The notes beneath the pieces are model-generated. The model ran no database searches. It had not been told where the DNA came from and saw nothing but the letters and a program-made list of their open reading frames with translations. Both the position numbers and the translations under genes were made by a program. This document shows positions 11,961 through 25,046 of a DNA stretch of 64,000 nucleotides, piece after piece; the first letter of the stretch is position 1; every line of letters begins with the position of its first letter. The stretch is from Azolla caroliniana. Taxonomy: Eukaryota; Plantae; Polypodiophyta. The stretch lies in contig JBHGNT010000009.1 of the NCBI GenBank assembly GCA_043228905.1, forward strand, positions 14,756,001-14,820,000, read 5' to 3'.

Positions 11961-12469
11961 AACACAAGAACTTAATTAAAAAATAATACTCGATCGGTAC
12001 ATCGTGTGTGTTCAATGAACACTTTTATACAAGTCCTTTTCGCACTGACAGAAGTACTGACAGTACTTCAATGCTCATTACGGAACCCCTACACTAACTC
12101 CCAGATATATTCCTTGCGGAATATCTTTCCGATGGCCTCCCGGTTTCTGCACCGATCCGACCTTCCTACGCACCGGTCTGCGTACCGGTACCGATCCGGC
12201 CTAACCAATCAGTCCCAACCGATCCGGTCCTCGGCTTGCTCAGCCGATCCGGCCGATGTTGAGCTTGTCTCTCAACACTTCTTGCATCGAGAAAATCAAA
12301 CTTTAGCCCACTCTTCGGAATATTCGAGAAGTTCGATCATTCCTTGGTTTTGTTGGGTTTTTGCGAAAATTCCTTCGTAATTACTCCCAATTAATGACGT
12401 CGTTTACCGATCTTCTAAAAGTTCAAATGCATAAGTCTACAATTCTCATCTCGTTCTCATCTCCACTCA

Positions 12470-12864
12470 ATTCTATTGGCCTAAGACGTGTCCTGACATA
12501 CATAACTATGTGACTAAATGTCAGGAGTGTCAGGTTAACAAAGTCGAGTGACTTAAAGCTGCAAGACTTTTACATCGCTTGGACATTCCCAATAATAAGT
12601 GGGAAAGTATATCCATGGATTTTATTGTTGGCCTTCCTCTCACCCAAAAAGGCCATGATGCCATTTGGGTTGTGGTTGATAGACTAACTAAAATGGCTAG
12701 ATTTATTGCTACTAAAACCACGGAAACAGCTCTTGAATTGGCTTACCAATTTGTTGACAAGTTATTTCATTTTTACGGGTTATCGATGGATATCGTGAGT
12801 GATCGAGATCCAAAGTTTACTAGTGACTTCTGGACGCAAGTCTTTAAGAAGTTAGAAACTACGT
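12470..12864 (+). pseudogene. Chromovirus-type Gypsy integrase fragment, interrupted by element D
   Basis: KCQECQVNK, WESISMDFIVGLP, VVVDRLTKMARF, IVSDRDPKFTSDFW. Confidence 0.85.
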
Positions 12865-13900
12865 TGTCTTGCCTTTCGGCACCAGATCGTTTGCGTGAGT
12901 CGGGTGGGAACCGCTGGGGTTTTGGACTAGGAGAAAGAAGAATATGAGATAATGTTAGTTAGGAAGATATTGTAAGAAGAAGATATGAAACTCGTGAATC
13001 CCACGCGTATAATGTATTAATGGGTAATTAGATTGTAAGAGAGAATTAGATTTTAAAATCGTGAATCCCACGAATATTTTGTATTAATGAATCCTTCTAA
13101 AAAAAATCAACCCCCCCAAAATTATACATCCTTATCTCTTCCTTATATAGTGTTGGAAGAGTCTAAGGTTATCACATGCAAGAATCATGTTTTTCCTAAC
13201 TTTAGTTTTCATGCACAGTGCATGTGCATGATTAGCTTTCTATCCCATCTTTTCTTTTAACTTGAGTGTGTATGCATGAATAACTTTTTGTACCATGCAT
13301 ATCGAGAATATTTACATGGGATAAAGTTTAGTATAACTTTAAAATTCATAATATGCTAGTGTAGTGGTAAAGCTTAAAAATCATTTACATGGAGGTACAG
13401 GGTTCGAATCCTGCCCTATGCATGTAACAATCTTTTCTTCTATTTACAAATTTGTCTCTTCATCTGGTGAGAGATTCTCACCGGCCTTCTTTATCCGACT
13501 CTTGCCGGTTTTGCTTGATCCGGTTCTTACCGGTTCTCCTTACCGATTCCATCCGGAGGGACAAAAAATGCAATTTTCATGTAATGTGCGAATTACACTA
13601 CGACACTAGCCCCCTTCAAACCCGCACATCCTCCGGTATGTGCCGAAGTTCCCGATGCTCGTTGTTCCTCTTCATCCGTAGCATTCTCGGATTCTTCCCG
13701 TATGTCGATTATCAATTGAAGACCACTTTCTTCACTTTCCGCATCACCGCGATGTTTGTCCGATTGCTCCTCATTGTCGGTCTTGTCTAAGCTTACATAA
13801 GGTTCTTTGTCAGTTCGCTTCTTGAAAATCTTCACCCGTTTCCCCGCTATAGGCACTTGTAGTATCGTCCCATCCAACTCGCATAGTCGGTAAGTTTTCG

Positions 13901-14055
13901 ACAACTGTGGCATATGTCTATGACATTATCCTCCCTCTAAGGCCACCTCCTAACACCCACAACCAATAAATGTGTAACTGGTTCCCATGTGGCGTCCGAA
14001 AGAGGGCAACCTTTCCATAAGACCAAGTATTGAAGTCTTCATCGACGGAAGCAGG
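13901..14055 (-). pseudogene. Chromodomain plus PPT/LTR-start fragment of a chromovirus (continues at 19433-19450)
   Basis: Joined across copia C it reads [36 protein letters not shown], followed by purine tract AGAGGGAGGATAA and TGTCA. Confidence 0.75.
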
Positions 14056-14098
14056 TGTTGGGATTACGGTCCCTCCGGATGGGATGGTCAGATGTCCG

Positions 14099-14254
14099 GG
14101 AGCCGGATGATGAAGACCCCGGCTACGGAGCCGGATGACGAAGACCCCGGTTACGGAGCCGGATGACGAAGACCCCGGCTACGGAGCCGGATGAGGAAGA
14201 CCCCGGCTACGGAGCCGGATGACGAAGACCCCGGCTATGGAGCCGGATGACGAA
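14099..14254 (+). repeat. 28-bp tandem repeat in the copia C 5' LTR (about 5.5 copies; about 2.5 in the 3' LTR)
   Basis: Unit GGAGCCGGATGACGAAGACCCCGGCTAC. Confidence 0.92.
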
Positions 14255-14754
14255 TGTACCCGGAGAGAGATCCAGATGCTGGGACATATTTGTGAATATG
14301 TTTGCCAAGGGCCCTTGAGGCTATATTTGTAAATAGCCCGAAAGTCATATGTGTATAAATATGACTTAGGGCAAACAGTTTGTCGTTGTTGCTCATCTTT
14401 CTGTTTTCCACTTAGAGGGAGCTAAGTGAGCAGCCGAGAGAGAGAGAGAGAGAGAGAGACGAAGAGGTCGTTGCCTCTGTGTATTACCGCCGCCTGTGGC
14501 GAAGACAGTGAGCTCAGGGTTGTTTCCTTGTAGCTTCACCATTGTACATCTCTGTTTATAGTGATAGTTGGAGTTTGAGGACTCCCGTGGTTTTTCCCAC
14601 TTAGGGTTTTCCACGTAAAACATCCTGTGTACTCTTTTCTCTATTGTCTTCGTGCATTTTGTATTTCCTGTTTTCTGTAAGTTGATCCTATTCCTCGGTG
14701 GCGGCCGAGCACTGTGTTCAACAAAGTGGTATCAGAGCGACGGTAACACAGAAA

Positions 14755-17700
14755 ATGGAAGGCGGCAGCAGCGGGCAGCCGGGGATGATGGTGTTGAATG
14801 CGCAGAACTACGCCGACTGGAAGATAAAGATGGAGGATCTGCTCATTGTTCTGGACCTGTATGAACCGATCGACAGGTCGGAAATACCCAAGGGGGTACT
14901 TGAGACGGAATGGAGGCTTCTGAACCGGAAAGCCGTTGCAACCATTCGGCAATACGTCGACGTGAGCGTTCTACAACACGTGGCGAACGACACCAACGCA
15001 TATGAGATGTGGCGGAAGCTGTCGGGCCTCTACGAGAGGAAGAATGCGTTGAACCGGACCTCCCTGATGAGGAAGATAGTGAACCTCAAGTACCGGGACA
15101 GCGAGAGTATGGTGGAACACGTAAGCACGTTCATGGGATTCGTGAACCAGCTTGCGGCGATCAAGTTCCCGTTGGAGGATGCAATGCAAGCCATCATCCT
15201 GATGTGTACATTGCCGGAAAGCTGGGAGAACTTGGTGGTGACTCTCAGCACCTCCTGCACCGAAGATAACTTGTCTCTACAAACGGTAAAGACAAGCATT
15301 TTGAACGAAGAAGCGCGTCGGAGAGATAAAGAACCGGCCTCCGATCCGAAGATGCTGCTTGCCGAATCGGATCGGGGAAGACAACGGAACCAGAGTCCAC
15401 AAAGACGGGAGAAGTCGAGGACCCGGTCGCAGTCAAGAGGAAGGCCCACATGCTTCCACTGTGGGAAGCCGGGGCACTTCCGAAAGAATTGTCGGCATTA
15501 CCGGAAAGACAACGGAATCGACGGTACCGATTCGAAGAAGTCACCGGAGCGAAACGGTGCATACCGGGGAGCCACGGACCGGAGAGGTCCGGATCGGCGA
15601 GGGCAGGACCGGAAAGGAACGACGGCACTCGCGGCAAGTGAAGAAGAGATAATGCTCATTACCGAAGAGAGGGAGCTGAACCTTGCCGGTGAAGAGATGA
15701 CCTGGGTGGTCGATTCCAGAGCGTCGTTCCACCTGACCCCGGAGAAGAAATACTTCTCATCCTACACAGCCGGTGAGCACGGCTGTGTCCGGATGGGAAA
15801 TGAAGGTACATGCCGGATTGCCGGCATAGGAGACGTGTGGCTGATGACATCAACCGGATGCAAGATGCTGTTGAAGGATGTTCGACACGTTCCAGAGGTT
15901 CGATTGAACCTGATTTCGGCCGGGAGGCTAGACGATGAAGGCTACACAGGTAGCATCCGGAACGGCGTAATGAAGTTCAGCAAAGGGAGCCTGATAGTGG
16001 CTCGGGCCCGGAAGATCAACACACTGTACCTGATGAATTCCCGGCTATGTCCGGAGGAGCTGAACGTGGCAGCTGACACTGCCGGTGAGCTATGGCACAA
16101 GAGACTGTGCCACATGAGCGAGAAGGGGATGAAGAGGCTTGCAGAAGACAACCTTATTCCAGTGAAGCATGTGCACCTGGAGAAGTGCACCGATTGCCTG
16201 GCCGGTAAGCAGAACCGAACCTCCTTCCACTCAAGGCCACCGACGAGACGTAGCGCACCATTGGAGTTGGTGCACACTGACGTGTGTCAAGTAGAAATGA
16301 AGTCACATGGCGGAGCCCAGTACTTCGTGACATTCATTGATGATCACAGCCGGAAGCTGTGGACGGCACCGTTGAAGACAAAGGACCAAGTGTTGTGCGT
16401 CTTCAAAGAACTCCACGCGAGAGTGGAAAGGGAATCCGGCAAGAAGCTGAAAGCGATACGAGCGGATAACGGAGGGGAATACCGGGGGCAGTTCGCGGAG
16501 TACTGTCGCTTGAAGGGAATCCGGCTCGAGTTTACTGTGCCGAAGACGCCGGAACTGAACGGGCTGGCCGAGAGGATGAACCGGACCATAATGGAGAGGG
16601 TCCGGAGTATGCTGGCACATGCGAAATTACCCAAGGGGTTTTGGGCTGAGGCAATGTCGACGGCGACATACGTGATAAACAGATCACCCTCAGTACCTTT
16701 GGACGGAGACACGCCGCAGAGAGTGTGGACCGGTAGGGAAGTATCCTACCGGCATCTGAAGGTGTTCGGGTGTCTCGCATATGTGCATGTGGCAAAGGAC
16801 CGGAGAGGAAAGCTAGATCCAAAGACCCGGCCATGCATATTCCTCGGTTACGGCGACGACGAGTTTGGCTACCGAGTATGGGACCCGGTTGACAAGAAGA
16901 TATTCAGGAGTCGAGATATCATCTTCATGGAGGACAAGACACTCGCCGACTGGGAGTCGGAGAAGAAGATGAAGAGCTCCAAGTCGACCGGTGAGGATCA
17001 ACTCTACGAGGAGCAGTCCCGACCGGAAAGGGACCGGTTAGCACTCGAGGATCCGGCCGAAGACGGTGAAGAAACAAAACCGGCCGAGGAAGATGAAACT
17101 GATACCGGAACCGGCCCCGATCCCGAAATGGATTCGGATGAAGAGGAAACGGAGGAGCCGGTTACCGAAGCTCCGGAATGGAGATATCCTCTAAGAGAGA
17201 GAAGGGCCCCCCGGAGATTTCCGGAACCAGAGCACGTGCTGCTAACTGACGAGGGTGAGCCGGAGAGTTTTGAAGAAGCAAAGCATGACACCCATAGCCG
17301 CAGGTGGTTAAGTGCCATGCAGGAGGAGATGGATTCCCTGCATGAGAACCACACATATGAACTTGTGGAGTTGCCGAAAGGAAAGCGGGCACTTCGAAAC
17401 AAGTGGGTGTTCAAGCTGAAACCGGGAGATGCCGGAAACCCCCCGAGATACAAAGCCAGGATCGTGGTGAAGGGGTTCCAGCAGAAGAAGGGCGTCGACT
17501 TCGACGAGATATTTGCCCCGGTAGTGAAGATGACCTCCATCCGGACAGTGCTGAGCATAGCGGCAAGCATGGACCTCGAGGTAGAACAGATGGACGTGAA
17601 GACGGCATTCCTTCACGGTGACCTCGAAGAAGAGATCTACATGCAGCAACCGGAAGGATTCGAGAAGAAAGGGAAGGAGCACCTGGTATGCCGGTTGAAG

Positions 17701-18828
17701 AAGAGCCTTTACGGACTGAAGCAGGCTCCCCGGCAATGGTACCGGAAGTTCGACTCTTTCATGATCGACGAAGGGTACCACAAAACGCAGTCCGATCACT
17801 GCGTGTTTGTGAAGAAGTTCGAAGGAGGAGACTTTCTAATACTCCTCCTGTACGTGGACGACATGTTGATCGTCGGACGGGACCAGGCCAAGATACGGAT
17901 GCTGAAGAAGGCTCTTCACCGAACCTTCTCAATGAAGGACTTGGGTCTGGCGAGGCAAATGTTAGGGATGCACATCATCCGGGACCGGAAGAAGAAGCAG
18001 TTGTGGCTGTCACAGGAGAAGTACGTGACAAAGGTGCTTCACCGGTTCAACATGTCGGAAGCAAGACCGGTCGGGTCAACCCTCCCGGCAAACTGCAAGT
18101 TGTCCAGCAAGCAAAGCCCCAAGACAAAGGCTGAGAAGGAGGACATGATGAAAGTACCATATTCCTCTGCCATCGGAAGCTTGATGTACGCAATGGTGTG
18201 TACAAGACCGGACATAGGATATGCAGTCGGAGTGGTGAGCCGGTACATGAGCAATCCCGGCAAAGAGCACTGGAACGCGGTCAAGTGGATACTCCGATAC
18301 CTGAAGGGCACGGCAAACGTGTGCCTCCGATTTGGCTCCGGTAAGCCCGAACTCGACGGTTTTACCGATTCGGATATGTCGGCTGATGCAGATACCAGCC
18401 GGTCCACATCAGGGTATGTGATGACGTATGCAGGGGGAGCGATTTCGTGGCAGTCGAGGCTGCAGAAGACGGTTGCGTTGTCAACCACGGAGGCGGAGTA
18501 CATGGCGGCTGTTGAAGCCGGCAAGGAAATAATATGGATGAAGGACTTCATTAGAGAGCTCGGTATCCGGCAGGAGGAGTACCGACTCTACTGCGACAGT
18601 CAGAGTGCCATCCACCTTGCGAAGAACGCGGCCTATCACTCCCGGACGAAGCACATCCAGCGAAGATATCACTAGATCCGGGAAAGGATAGAAGACCAGG
18701 AGTTCGTGCTGACAAAGATCCACACGGACGAGAACGGGTCAGATATGCTGACCAAAGTGCTCACACCCGACAAGCTGGAAGCATGCCGGAAGAGGGTCGG
18801 ACTGGAAAGACATCCAATGCCGAAGTGA
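14755..18828 (+). pseudogene. pol: Copia gag-PR-INT-RT-RH polyprotein with one premature TAG (18673-18675) and DSG changed to DSR in the protease
   Basis: CFHCGKPGHFRKNC, WVVDSRASFH, RADNGGEY, LLLYVDDMLI, YCDSQSAIHL. The frame continues past the TAG to TGA at 18826-18828. Confidence 0.92.
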
Positions 18829-19446
18829 AGGGGGAGTTTGTTGGGATTACGGTCCCTCCGGATGGGATGGTCAGATGTCCGAGAGCCGGATGACGAAGAC
18901 CCCGGCGGTTACGGAGCCGGATGACGAAGACCCCGGCTACGGAGCCGGATGACGAATGTACCCGGAGAGAGATCCGGATGCTGGGACATATTTGTGAATA
19001 TGTTTGCCAAGGGCCCTTGAGGCTATATTTGTAAATAGCCCGAAAGTCATATGTGTATAAATATGACTTAGGGCAAACAGTTTGTCGTTGTTGCTCATCT
19101 TTCTGTTTTCCACTTAGAGGGAGCTAAGTGAGCAGCCGAGAGAGAGAGAAAGAGAGAGAGAGACGAAGAGGTCGTTGCCTCTGTGTATTACCGCCGCCTG
19201 TGGCGAAGACAGTGAGCTCAGGGTTGTTGCCTTGTAGCTTCACCATTGTACATCTCTGTTTATAGTGATAGTTGGAGTTTGAGGACTCCCGTGGTTTTTC
19301 CCACTTAGGGTTTTCCACGTAAAACATCCTGTGTACTCTTTTCTCTATTGTCTTCGTGCATTTTGTATTTCCTGTTTTCTGTAAGTTGATCCTATTCCTC
19401 GGTGGCGGCCGAGCACTGTGTTCAACAGCAGGAGTTGAGGATTCGG

Positions 19447-22400
19447 TCAACCTCCGGTATGTGCCGAAGTTCCCCATGCTCGTTGTTCCTTTTCATCCGT
19501 AGCATTCTCCAATTCTTCCCGTATGTCGATTATCAATTGAAGACCACTTTCTTCACTTTCCGCATCACCGCGATCTTTGTCCAATTTCTCCTCGTTGTCG
19601 GTCTTGTCTAAGCTTACATAAGGTTCTTTGTCAGTTTGCTTCTTGAAAATCTTCACCTGTTTCCCCGCTATAGGCACCCGTAGTATCTTCCCATCCAACT
19701 CGCATAGTCGGTAAGTTCCGTTGTCGAAAACATTCCGAACCTCGTATGGCCCAAACCACCTTTTCGCGAACTTCCGTATCGTTGTATGTTGATGATCCAG
19801 ACTACTGTCATAGACAATCACCCAATCTCCTTCTTCAATCTTCCGCGGTCGTAGTCGATGCTTTGTGTCGAATCGGCTTTTGTTCCGGAATCGCGCTTCT
19901 TGTTGTTGGCGTGTTGCTTCCGCTATGTCTTCCGGTATTCCCTCTAGTTGTCATATCCGGACCGCTAGTAGTTCTTCCCGGCTCATCTCTTCCTTCCACG
20001 GCAACAATGTCCATGTCGCGATTGCAGTTTCCGTTGGCATTACCGGTGCTTATCCGGTCATGAGTTCTGCCGGCATGTAACCGGTTATGGAGCTATGCGT
20101 CGTTCGATCCGCCCATAGTTCATACGGAAGCATCTGTGGCCAATCCTTCACCCTTCCATCGCATGCCTTCGCAAGTGCTTTGACAATCGGACTATGTTCT
20201 CATTCGATCTTCCCATTGTCTTCTGGATTGTATGCCGTTGTCAGTGTTAACCGAACTCCATGTTTGGCGAAGAATCCCCTAGCTTTGTTAGAGTCAAGTT
20301 CTACGCAATCCGCAATCACTTGTCCTACGCACCCCTACCTGCAAAACACCTCCTCCAAAAGAAATTGGCATACCGCAGAACACGTTTTCCTTCGTAGTGC
20401 TCGACCTTCTACTTGGTTTGTGAGATCTTCTCGAGCTAACACCAAGTACTTCTTTTGTCCGATCCCGGTTGGCATGGCTACAATGTCGACCATCCACTTG
20501 AAGTTGATTGTCGGTGAAAACGTCGGATGTAATTCATCTCGGTGTCGAACCCCGGAGTAGACTTGACACTTCTCGCAGCTTCCTGTGAACTCTGCTACAT
20601 CTTTGTACATATTCTTCCACCAATATTTTTGTTTGATTTTCATAAAAGTTTCCCATGTTCCTCGATGTCCAGCCCAATCAGATTCATGAAAGTTGGATAT
20701 TATCCGGTTTCGTTGCTCTTTCGTCCCGACTACCCGAAGTGGTATGCCATCTAGTCTTTTCGGCTCCCTCCATATTAATCCATTTTTCAAGAAGAACTTT
20801 CAGACTTGTCGCTTCTTACTTCAGATCTCGGCTCTCTTTTCTTTATCGTTCGTTGACACCTCGATCGCTTGTAGCATCTTCCCGATTGTCAAGCTTTCTC
20901 CCTCGTATTCTTCTTCTCGGAATTCTCGGATTATGTTTACTCAGCATATGTGCTCCGAAGCAAAGTAGTCTTTAGAAACTTCTTCATTATAGGATTCGGC
21001 TATGTCGTCTCCGAACCGACCCCTTGATAGCATATCCGCTACCGCATTGTCTTTTCTGGAGATGTGTCGTATGTCCGGGTTAAGTGACTTAACATATGCA
21101 ATCCACCTTAGAATAGCCACATCCGGTATCGTGCAACACCGCATCATCCCGAGTATCGGAAGACAATCCGTTTCGATCACTACTTCCGCTCTGATCAAAT
21201 AATCTTGATCCAATTTGATTGCCAACACGACTCCCATAATTCTCTTTTGACTTGTGCATATCCGTGTTGCCTTTCGTTGAGAACCTTTGCTCCGAATCGG
21301 ATCGGATATCGCAACCCATCCGAGTCGGCTTGATTGATGACCCATCCTATCCCGGTTGGACTTGTATCAACCGTTACTATGATTGGTCGGTCATAGTTCG
21401 GCTTCTTTAGCGCTTTTGCCCTTCGTAGTGATTTCTTGAGCTGCTTCACGGGTTTGGTATGCTCCGGTTTTCCTTCAAACTTCTTACCCTTCCGCAACAA
21501 GTGATAGAGTGGGTTTGCAATATGTGCATAGTGCGGAATCCATATGTGGTAGAATGCACATGCTCCGAGAAACCTTCGGACTTCAGATTGTGACTCGCTT
21601 ATTTCTTTCATAGCTTGAATCGCATCGATCTTGGTCGGTGATGGTCTTCGGCCGTAGGGCCCACATAGATGTCCGACTACAAATATCTCTTCTTGCCCGA
21701 ATGCCGATTTCTCCCCGGAAAGTGTTAGGTGCACATCTTCTAACTTTCGAAGCACTTTCTTGCAATCGCGAATATGGTCGACTACGAACTTTCGGCATCC
21801 TCGATCATCCATAGTTTCATCTTTTTCTTCTACCGCGCATCCTTTCATCGGAATGTCATCTAGGAACGGCATCGTTATCTTTGGGATGCAATCTCGAAGC
21901 ACCTTGTTCATTGCGTTCATCATATGTGCAACCAAGTTTGTCGCTCCTTGTGGTAGTATACACATTCGGACTAACCCTATCGGTGTCCGCATGGTGGTGA
22001 TGTCTCGGCTCTCCACGGCTAGTTGGAATTGGTCATAGCCGGAGTATAGGTCTCCGATGGAGTATATCACGCGTCCGGCAAAAGCTTTCTGCAAATTCGT
22101 CCACTATCGGACTGACTCCCAAGTTCCGGATTGTGACCTTGTTCACCGGTTGCAAGTCTTGGATAAATCGGAGTGATCCATTCTTCTTCGGAACCGTAAA
22201 CCATCGATTCGAGTATGGAGTGTTTGATGGCTCTAGAATCCCCATCGCCACCTTCTCCTTGAGCAAGTCGACAACTTTCAGAATATGCGCCCATGACACC
22301 GGAATCGGCTTCAAGTTCCACGACACATGGTCAATCGTGAAGATCACCATCGACTCCACTATCTTCGGATCAACGCACCCTATCTCCTACGATGTGAATG

Positions 22401-23015
22401 CAAATGCTTTCCCATGTTGTTCCAACATCCCACGGAATCATTCTTCTTCATTTTGTAAAAGGAAACCACTTCCATCGATCCAAAGTTTCTTTCGGTTCTC
22501 ATCCGTGAAGGCATGTCCGATATCCACGAACTTCCGAAGTGTCGGATCTCCCGAGACTTCTTTCCTCTTTTGTTTGCTATCGGCGGGTAGTGGTCCCACG
22601 ACCGGTTTCACCTTCTTCTCCACGGTCTTGTATTTTGTACTTACCATTTCTTCTTCTTTGCGGAGCAAAACCGGCCCCATTTTCGCAATGATCTCGTACA
22701 TCTCGACCAATTCCACCGGAATTACCCGGTTTCCCTGGCTTGTATCTTCTGCGAGCTCTTCAAGCCGTTGTAGCATGCTCCCATAGAACACTTCTTCGAC
22801 TATTCCCACGATTTCTTCGTCTTTTATTATTATTGATGCCGATCGTAACTTATCCTCCACTTTTCGGTATTCTTTCTTCATTCCTCCGGTTACGGCTATG
22901 TACGTGGATGCCCCATCCAGACCGGTTTGTACTTGTTTTGCTCTGAGAGGTTTCTTCCTGTGTGGGGTATCAGGGCTTCTCGGACTATCACTTCCCCACT
23001 CTGCAACAATCCGCT
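19447..23015 (-). pseudogene. pol: RT-RNase H-integrase of element D, with stops and frameshifts
   Basis: YSIGDLYSGYDQF, TMPFLDDIPMK, TVDTSPTGIGW, WAGHRGTW, CEKCQ, KRWFGPYEV. Confidence 0.9.
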
Positions 23016-25046
23016 CTACAAATCCATCCTTGTTTGGGAAAAGAGCTCTCTCTTGTTCCTTTCATGATTTGCCGGCACAGTTAGGAATTGGACGGACTTC
23101 CCTCCGCTTTGGCTCCGAATTCGTGCGAAAGCCGCACCGCTATCGAGCACCTTCGTCTCCATCCATGATGCCGTGATAAATGGTTGCCCGAGGATCGCGG
23201 AATGTGAGACCTCGTCTTGTACGAAGAAATTGTGGTCGATCTCGACATCCCCGATCTTCACCGTCACATCCGGACAAGCCGCAAATAGATCTTCCGTTGC
23301 TTTAGTAGCTGCCCGGATCTTCCATCCATGGTTAGTGTTTATAGGCCACTTCCCCTTCCGGTAGAACTCCTTGGACATCAAATTGATCTCTGATCCGTGA
23401 TCAATCAATGCTAGCACGGGTTCTTTGATGTTGCTGATTCAGACCGGAATCTCTGTAGTTGCACGTGCCTAGTGTGGCCTTGTGTAGTGGGAGTTCGGTA
23501 TTTCGTCCTCCACTTCGGTGTCATTCATTAAGACGGTATTTGCATTCACCCTTGGAGCATTTTCCTTCGTACTTTGTCTTTTTCTCTTCACGAGATCCAC
23601 AAGAAGATCGTGGAACTCCTTCTTCGCTATTCCGAGTAATTCCCGAAGTGAAAATTCTACCCGACTATCGAGGATTCTATCTTCGAACATCTTTTTTAAG
23701 TACGTTTGTTGTTTGATGTCCGAGGCAAGCTTGAATGCCGGAATTGTCTTTTCTTTTCCCTTCCCTCCAGAGTTCCAACTTTCCGGTGTCTTTGATGATC
23801 CGGCCGCATCATCCGTGTGCCATCGTTTTTTATCCACATACACTTCATGCAATTGACATAGTGCATGGACGCTATTCTTATCTACGGGGCACTCCCATCC
23901 CATAGCTTCCCGGATACATTCCGCGGCGCTTCGGATTTCATCATGGTCAGCTTTCTTCGAAATTTCTAACACTTCCGGCCAAAAAGACGCCTTTGTTGTA
24001 GATGACTCCCCCACATGTATTCCCGCGGTTGTGGCATAATTATCTTTCGCCGCGATCTCTTCCTCTAGGACCTTCTTCATGCCGCCTTTCCGGAAGTTCG
24101 GTCGTAGTGGCTTCCGAGAATCCATCGAATGAATCCGATTTCCCTCGTAGTAGATAAAATCCCGTCGTAACACCTGCTTGTGCTCATCGCAATCTCTCCG
24201 ATCATGTTCGGTGCTATCACACCATATGCATCGACGGTCCATGTACTTGGTACTTGTGGGACGGTCTTCCGTCTTCTTCACCATCGCGATTCTCCATCTC
24301 CTTCAGCAATTGTTCCATTGTGGTTGCGTCGATTCCCTTCTCGGTCGTAGTCTCCCGAGCCTGCGGTTGATGGTCTTCCGAAACCCTCGTTTCTTCGTTG
24401 GCAAGCCATTGCCCCCTCTTTGTGTATCACGCGACGATATCCCGCACGCTTTCCCATGTTTCGGTGAGGCCACTCTTGATAGTCGTGTCCTCTAGAAGCA
24501 GTCCAAGATCCTTCCGATCCCGGACGTCTACGGCTCGGCTCGTAAGAACATGATAACTTTGTCCGGTGTGAGGATAGCTTGAACTCTCACACACAACCTC
24601 CCGAACCGACTTTCGAAAGCCGAAAACACATCGAGGACCTTCATCCCCTTGTCCGCCGTTTCCACCCAATCCTCAAATCCTCTCCGTGTTGCCTTGGAGG
24701 AATCCTCGATAGCGAACATGGTCTTTAGCGCCTCTTCAAACGCTTCCCACGTCGGATTTTGTTGTCGTAGCCTGTGGATACTTGCTTGAAGCCCGTCGGT
24801 AGCTACCTGGTTGAAGGATGTCACTTGCAGTCCTTCCGAAATCCCACACTGTATCATTTCCGCTTTGTAGTCCCGAAGATAGCGTGATATGTCCTTTCCG
24901 TTGAATTGCCCGATCTGTTGCACGAGCTGCTCTACTACCGCCGCTATCTCCGACATCGCACGTTGTTCTTGAGGCATCCACTCGAACATTATAATCATGT
25001 TGTTAGCCTTCGGTTGATTTTCCATCTCCTTGCCACCCGTGTTCAC
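23016..25046 (-). pseudogene. gag: gag-protease of element D
   Basis: GQFNGKDISRYL, CIWCDSTEHDRRDC, ALIDHGSEINLMS, split by stops and frameshifts. Confidence 0.9.

Larger units (their letters stand above)
8499..12277 (-). mobile_element. Decayed Ty1/Copia element I (gag-PR-INT pseudogene), interrupted by element B and by a solo LTR
   Basis: 5' LTR 11807-12277, PBS-Met GCTCTGATACCA at 11795-11806. Fragments KLDRTNYASW (gag), WYIDSGASNHMT (PR), CEACQLGKQ and RSDGGKEY...PEQNGVAERKNR (INT), with many stops. Confidence 0.88.
14056..19427 (+). mobile_element. Full-length young Ty1/Copia element C (Tnt1/Tork-like)
   Basis: LTRs 14056-14723 and 18839-19427 (TGTTG...CAACA). TSD GCAGG at 14051-14055 and 19428-19432. 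PBS TGGTATCAGAGC 14727-14738, PPT GAAGGGGGAG before the 3' LTR. Confidence 0.97.

Noticed and set aside
13350-13425. Functional tRNA genes in LTRs
   Set aside because: A and B boxes are present but I could not form acceptor and anticodon stems convincingly, so they are reported only as tRNA-like cassettes.
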